Positions 57,696 through 64,000 of a DNA stretch of 64,000 bases are shown one piece after another; position 1 is the first letter of the stretch; every line of letters starts with the position of its first letter. The stretch lies in contig NC_090326.1 of assembly GCF_035084215.1 (NCBI RefSeq), positions 11,160,001 to 11,224,000 of the forward strand, read 5' to 3'. The notes beneath the pieces were generated by a model, which ran no database searches, had not been told where the DNA came from, and worked only from the letters and a program-made list of their open reading frames with translations. The stretch is from Heptranchias perlo. Its lineage: Eukaryota. Both the position numbers and the translations under genes were made by a program.

Positions 57696-57989
57696 CAGTG
57701 GTGAACAAAAGCGAGATCAAAGAGATCCGTTTTGAGAAGGTGGTTTAAGGAGATTGTTCCAGGTGTGAGGCTGAAGCAGCTGAATGATCTACAGCCGAAG
57801 GTGAAACAGTGAAGGAGGATGTAAAGGAGGCTAGAATTGGAAGAGTACTAAGTAACACAAGTAAGAGCCGTACTGCTGCTATTCACCAGTCACACTACTA
57901 GTTTCACCATACTATTAGTGTCCAATGATTCAAATTAATGACCTTCTCTCTGATCCCACTTTCCAAACCAGACACACAGGATCAGTTAG

Positions 57990-60900
57990 ACAAAAAAAGA
58001 TTAAGGTCCATCTAGTCCGCCTTCTACCGTCCTGGTAGTCGCACGATAATGGAGTTGTTGACTAATCATGGCACTCAATCTCTATCAATTAGTCAACAAC
58101 ACACCCAGACATGAGACGAGGACGATCCATCTGTGGTAGAAAGCTTTGGGAACCATGGGTCCAGAGTCACCTGCTCCTCCGAGTCATGTTACACTTATCA
58201 TGTATCATGTCTCAAATTACTCATATCCCAAAACATTATCTTCTTAAAAGATATCTATCAAATTTTCTTTTGAATTAATCAACATTTTCTGTTTCCACCA
58301 TCAATTTAGGGAGCCTGTTCCAAAGATTTACCACTCGCTCACTGAAATAATGTTTCTGCAGATTAGTTTTGAATTTACCCCCCTTCAAGCGCAGGCCTTG
58401 TCCTCTGGTTCTACTGTTCTGGACAAAATGAAACAGCTTGTCATGGTCTACATTATCTAGTCCCTCGAGAATCCTAAAAACAATCATATCACACGTCAAA
58501 CTTCTCTTTCCAGTGAGAAGAGCATGTAAAGAGTAAACGGGTAGTAAGAGGAGGGGTGGGGCTGATTGGGGACCAAAAGTGAGATCTACTCATGGAGGGG
58601 ATGGCTGAGGTACTAAATGAGTACTTTGCATCTGTCTTTATCAAGGAAGAAGATGCTACTAGAGTCTCAGTAAAGGAAGATGTAGTTGAGATAGTGGATG
58701 GGCTAAAAATTGATAAAGAAGAGGTACTAGAAAGGCTAGCTGTACTTAAAGTAGATAAGTCACCTGGTCCGGATGGGATGCATCATAGGTTGCTGAGGGA
58801 AGTAAGGGGGGAAATTGCAGAGGTACTGGCCACAATCTTCCAAACATCCTTATATACGGGGGTGGTGCCAGAGGACTGGAGAATTGCAAATGTTACACCC
58901 TTGTTCAAAAAAGGGTGTAAGGATAAACCCAGCAACTATAGTCCAGTCAGTTTAATCTCGGTGGTGGGGAAACTTTTAGAAACAATAATCCGGGAGAGAA
59001 TTAGCAGTCACTTGGACAAGTGTGGATTGATTAGAGAAAGCCAGCATGGATTTGTTAAAGGCAAATCGTGTTTAACTAACTTGATAGAGTTTTTTGATGA
59101 GTTAACAGAGAGGGTAGATGAGGACAATGCAGTCGATGTGGTGTATATGGACTTTCAAAAGGCGTTTGATGAAGTGCCGCATAATAGGCTTGTCATCAAG
59201 ATTGAAGCCCATGGAATAAAAGGGGCAGTGGAAGCATGGATACAGAATTGGCTAAGTGACAGGACACAGTGAGTAGTGGTGAAGGTTGTTTTTCGGTCTA
59301 GAGGGAGGTGTACAGTGGTGTTCCCCAGGGGTCGGTGCTGGGACCACTCCTTTTCTTGATATATATTAATGACTTGGATTTGGCTGTACAGGGCACTGTT
59401 TCAAAATTTGCAGATGACACAAAACTTGGAAGTGTAGTGAACAGTGAGGAGGATAGTGATAGACTTCAAGAGGACATAGACAGACTGGTGGCATGGGTGG
59501 ACATGTGGCAGATGAAATTTAACGCAGAAAAATGCGAGGTGATACATTTTGGTAGGAAGAATGAGGAGAGGCAATATAAACTCAGGGGCACAATTCTAAA
59601 AGGGGTACAGGAACAGAGATATCTGGGGGTATATGTACACAAATCGTTGAAGGTGGCAGGGCAGGTTGAGAAAGCGGTTAAAAAAGCATGCGGGATCCTG
59701 GGCTTTATAAATAGAGGCATAGAGTACAAAAGTAAGGAAGTCATGATGAACCTTTATAAAACACTGGTTCGGCCACAACTGGAGTATTGTGTCTAGTTCT
59801 GGGCACCGCACTTTAGGAAGCATGTGAAGGTCTTAGAGAGAGTGCAGAAAAGATTTACTAGATTGATTCCAGGGATGAGGGACTTCAGTTAAGTGAATAG
59901 AGTGGAGAAGCTTGGGTTGTTCTAGTTAGAGCAGGGAACGTTGAGAGGAGATTTGATAGAGGTATTCAAAATCATGAAGGGTCTAGACAGAATAGATAAA
60001 GAGAAACTGTTCCCGTTGGCAGAAGGGTCAAGAGCCGGAGGGCATAGATTTAAGGTGACAAGAACCAGAGGGCATAGATTTAAGGTGACATGAGGAAAAA
60101 CTTTTTTACACAGTGAGTGGTTATGATCTGGAATGCACTGCCCGAGAGGGTGGTGGAGGCAGATTCAATCATGGCTTTCAAAAGGGAACTGGATAAGTAC
60201 TTGCAAGGAAATAATTTGCAAGGCTACAGGTATAGGACGGGGAGTGGGACTAGCTGGATTACTCTTGCATAGAGCTGGCACGGACTCGATGGGCTGAATG
60301 GCCTCCTTCCGTGCTGTAACCTTTCTATGATTCTATGAGAACATGTTCAATTTATGTAGTCGCTCCTCATAATCCAATCCTTCCATCCGCTCGATCATTC
60401 TGGTTGCCCTCTTCTGAATCCTCTCAATATCTGCAATATCCTTTTTATACTGAGGTGACCAGAACTGTAGACAGTATTCTAAAAGCGGTCGAACCAATGG
60501 TTTATAAAGTGGCAGGATTACCCCACTATTTCAGCATTGTTGCGATAGCTTCAATATATTGTCAATCAAGACCCCCAGATCTTTTTCATTTTCTATACAC
60601 ATTATTTTCTTTCCATTTAAGTAATAGTCCATTTTTGGATTTTTTTTTGTCCCCATGTGATGCATTTTGCATTTCTTTACGTTGAATTTTATCTGCCTTC
60701 TGTCTGCCTAATTCCCAAGTATATTTAATCCTGTTCAGTTTTGCAATCTGCCACCTTCATTAGCTTAGTGTCATCTGCAAATTTATCCATTGTGCATATG
60801 ACGCCTAACTCCAGATCATTTATGAAGATATTAAAAAGAAGTCCCAAAACAGACCCCTGGGGGACCCAGCTGGTAACATTTTCCCAGGTTGATGACAATC

Positions 60901-62060
60901 CCTGCAGCACCACCCTCTGGATTCAATTATGTATCCAATGTAAAATATTTCCACTGATTCCTACTTTCTTTATTTTCACTACCAGCCTTTCCAGAGGAAC
61001 TGTATCAAAGTCCTTTCTGAAATCGATGTATACCACATCCATTGCCTTACCCTTATTAAGTTCCTTTGGCATACCCTCAAAGAAAACCAGTAAATTAAAT
61101 TCTTCCCTTCGTGAACCCATATTGGCTATCTTTTATGATTTTATTTCTATCCAGATGCTCTTATCTTTAATAAAGGTTTCCACAACTTTACCCACAATGG
61201 GACGTCACACTCACTGGTCTGTAGTTTCCTGAGTCATTTTTGCTACCTTTTTAAAAATAGGAGTAACATCTGCCTTTCTCCAGTCCCCAGGCACCTCTCC
61301 AGTATTCAGTGATTTCTGGAAGATTTGTGCCAGAGTTCCTGCAATTTCCTCCCATGGTTCCTTAAGGATCCTTGGATGCATCTTATCTGGCCTCTGAGAA
61401 TTATTTACCTTAAGTTTGCACAGCTGTTCAACAACCATGCCGGTAGTAATGTGAATAGTGCTACAACTAACCTCTACAACAACCTCTAGTTCCCTTTCAA
61501 GGTAAATAAGTTAACTGCCTCCTTGGTAAACACTGAGGCAAAAAAACGTATTTAGCACATTTGCAGCTTGTGCAGCATCAGTTGTCATACCCTCACCCGA
61601 TCCCGCTTTCAGTGGCCCTCTTCCTCATTTTTCTTTTTCTCTTAATATAACTAAAAAATGCTTTATTACTATCCCTCACTTCTCTTGCCATATTAAATAA
61701 GAAATTTTTCTTCGCCATCTTGATGCCTTTTTTACAATCCTGGCATGCATTTTGGTCTTAATTCTGTGCCATTTTCCTTCATGGCCTTAAATGCCTTTTT
61801 ATTTCTTTGAGTTGCTTGGTAGTTCCGCTCAACCAGGCAGGAGTGCTTTGCATGGGTGCACATTGGTCCATTGCAGTCGTAGTCATCTTCTTCAAGCAAC
61901 TCCATAGTTCCTTCACTCCTCGAGCCATATTCCTACCTGCCAGGCCCACTCTGACCAGACTTCTCAAGCAAATAAAATTGGTCCTCTTAAATTTTTTATA
62001 ACCTCACACCAGTCTTTGTAATATCAAATGTGATCACTGGTACTTAAAACCTCACCCAAT
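57990..62060 (-). mobile_element. old CR1 ORF2 split by a younger CR1 (pieces 57990-58527 and 60338-62060)
   Basis: ORFs 61211..61438 (DWRKADVTPIFKK), 60923..61120 (DVVYIDFRKDFDTVP), 60725..60913 ([16 protein letters not shown]) and 58275..58499 (FSERVVNLWNRLP) are colinear across the insertion. Confidence 0.85.
58528..60337 (+). mobile_element. CR1 (HER1-like tail), RT domain through 3' end; same subfamily as 1-849
   Basis: ORFs 58592..59272 and 59308..59796 cover the RT motifs with stops; tail gactcgatgggctgaatggcctccttccgtgctgtaacctttctatgattctatg; probable TSD agagcatgt / agaacatgt. Confidence 0.96.
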
Positions 62061-62074
62061 TATAACTAAAACTT

Positions 62075-62440
62075 GCACCTTTAAGTTGTAAAATGTTCCG
62101 AGATGCTCCACAGGAGTGCAATCTGACAAAAATTGACACCGAGCCAAAGAAGGAGACATTAGGACAGGTGAACAAAAGCTTGGTCAAAGAGGTAGGTTTT
62201 AAGAAGCATCTTAAAGGAGGAGAGGGAGAGGGAGATGGAAAGGTTTAGGGAGGGAATTCCAAAGCTGGACAGCTGAAGACACGGCCAATGGTGGAGCAAA
62301 GGAAGTGGGGAATGCACAAGAGGACAGAATTAGAGGAACGCAGAGATCGTGGAAGGTTGTCGGGCTGGAAGAGGTTACAGGGTTGGGGGGGTTGGTGAGC
62401 CTACGGAGGGATTGGAACATAAGGATGAGAAGTTTAAAAA
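62075..62440 (-). mobile_element. L2 3' end fragment
   Basis: aaaattgacaccgagccaaagaaggagacattaggacaggtgaacaaaagcttggtcaaagaggtagg is homologous to the joined 42522-42636 + 43317-43712 element; QLWNSLPKP. Confidence 0.88.
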
Positions 62441-63529
62441 CGAGACAAGATCGTCCATATTACTCAATCAAATCCAAGATGCTTTCTTCCCTTGTTGGCT
62501 TTTACTAACTGAGTCATAAAACAGTTTTCTATTAATTCCAGAATCTTCATCTGTTAATGCACACTCTAACTAGAGTGCTACAAAGTAGCCCCAACCAGGT
62601 AGGGGAAGAGGTTGGGACCAGGAAAAGGCCTGGGGGAGGGGGAGAGCTCAGGACCTGGATGAGGGTTGTGACCTTGAAACCTGGAGAAGGCTGGAGCAGA
62701 GCTTGAGACTTGAAGGAGGTCTGGCGGAGAGCTTGGGACCTGGAAATAGCCTGGGGGAGAATTTGAAGAATGGGACTTGGAAACTGCGGGATCAGGAATA
62801 GTCTGAACATGGAGCTGGAGGTCTCAGTGGAAAAGTCGAGAGCTGAAGCCTGCAGGGAGGAAATATCAGTACCTGAAGTTGGAGACTGCAGGAAGAATTT
62901 GATTCCCTTAACTGTGGAAGAAATTGAAATTAACTGCAGTAATTATTACACTGCAGCTTACCAGGAAGAAGGAAGCCTGGGGTTACAGAAATGGATTTCT
63001 AATGGTGAGAACAGCTTGCAGGACCAACCATTGGTTGTACACTACAACTCAATATGGCCCATGGAGAAGTACAGAGGTATTTCAATGCAAAGTTCTGGCT
63101 GTCAGAAGGGAAGAAACAGCTATGCCCCCAATTTCAAAACCTGTAATTGTGTGATAAAGGCATGCCACCGATTTTAGCAACTGAAAGGCAAGTGTATGTT
63201 TGTCTACAAAAATTAAAAGCGGATATACGCCGTGTACCCATGCACACCCTCTATTCCACTCCTGAATAGATCACTAGCCAGGGTATCATGGCAGACATCA
63301 GTAGGCAGGGGGCTACTTTAAGTGAATCATATGTTTTGACAAGGATTTATATTATACTATTTGACAAAGGAATGATATTAGAATTTAAGTGACTAAATAT
63401 GAATATCATAATAACAAATGGGACCAAGGGAATGAGATGGGCGCAGAGAGTTCACAATGCTGTTGGGGTGCAACAAACTTGGGGGGTAATCAGGAGAGAG
63501 GGAGGGAGCAAAGCGGGAGTCAGCAATGA

Positions 63530-63951
63530 TCTTTGACACTGCAGTGGCTCCGGGAGGAGTACTCTTGCTCCTCCGGGCTCCACGTTCAGATAAGTTTTTT
63601 TTTTATTGACCTTTTTGGCAGCGGCTTCCAGACGTCCCTTTAAGAAACTCCAGTTAGGCCGCATGTCGAGCGCATTTTACTGATCACAGCCAGCCTGGCG
63701 CCGGCTATGTCCAGGGCAGCCCAATTTTGCGAAGGGGGCCTCAAACAAGAGTCAGATCCCCTATTTGCATATACAGAGAGCCTGTTTTAGGTGTGGGCCC
63801 TGGACGTCTCTTTTCCTGCCTTTACAAAATATGGTGGGCAGCACACTTCTGGCGCGTAATGAGTGCATGCACCTCACTCACCATATTTGTTGCTTAGGCG
63901 CCCATTTTGCGCTTGAAAAATGGGGGCAAGGTGCCATCCAATTTCTAGGCC
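63530..63951. mobile_element. Harbinger-like MITE segment
   Basis: CpG-rich; internal hairpin aatatggtg..caccatatt; ends aatttctaggcc like the MITE right end at 40379. Left boundary uncertain. Confidence 0.45.
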
Positions 63952-64000
63952 TGTGTCTTTATCCTTCACCTCCTCCCCACGATCATCAGGAACACAACGT

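Noticed and set aside
58592-59796. Reverse transcriptase ORFs as a retron, DGR or functional gene
   Set aside because: Typical CR1 LINE ORF2 with stops and frameshifts, 5' truncation and a CR1 tail.

Overview
Eukaryotic, repeat-dense, apparently intronic or intergenic DNA. The repeat repertoire (many CR1/HER1-type LINE fragments, L2, Deu-domain SINEs, Penelope-like elements, PIF/Harbinger relics and MITEs) strongly suggests a cartilaginous fish (shark); the species cannot be determined from the sequence alone. No intact host protein-coding gene is recognisable. Every ORF I can assign is a transposon relic (CR1/L2 reverse transcriptase, CR1 ORF1 esterase, Penelope GIY-YIG endonuclease, Harbinger transposase and Myb/SANT protein) or an artefact of three minisatellites (24.6-25.5 kb, 27.3-30.3 kb, 48.3-49.1 kb). 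The most notable structures are four. (1) A young 234-bp Penelope-derived insertion with an 11-12 bp target-site duplication (TSD), almost entirely a 194-bp palindrome with a minimal hammerhead ribozyme motif on each strand (53426-53659); further hammerhead motifs lie at 43216-43252 and 16882-16915. (2) A Harbinger Myb/SANT gene relic bracketed by a perfect 71-bp inverted repeat made from a CR1 3' tail (2508-3660). (3) A 2-kb hAT-like element with an 8-bp TSD carrying CpG-rich cargo and a 32-bp minisatellite (47370-49380). (4) A 3-kb E-box-containing minisatellite. A few orphan exon-like segments are listed at low confidence. Repeat boundaries were read by eye and are approximate (tens of bp) unless a TSD or inverted repeat is quoted.
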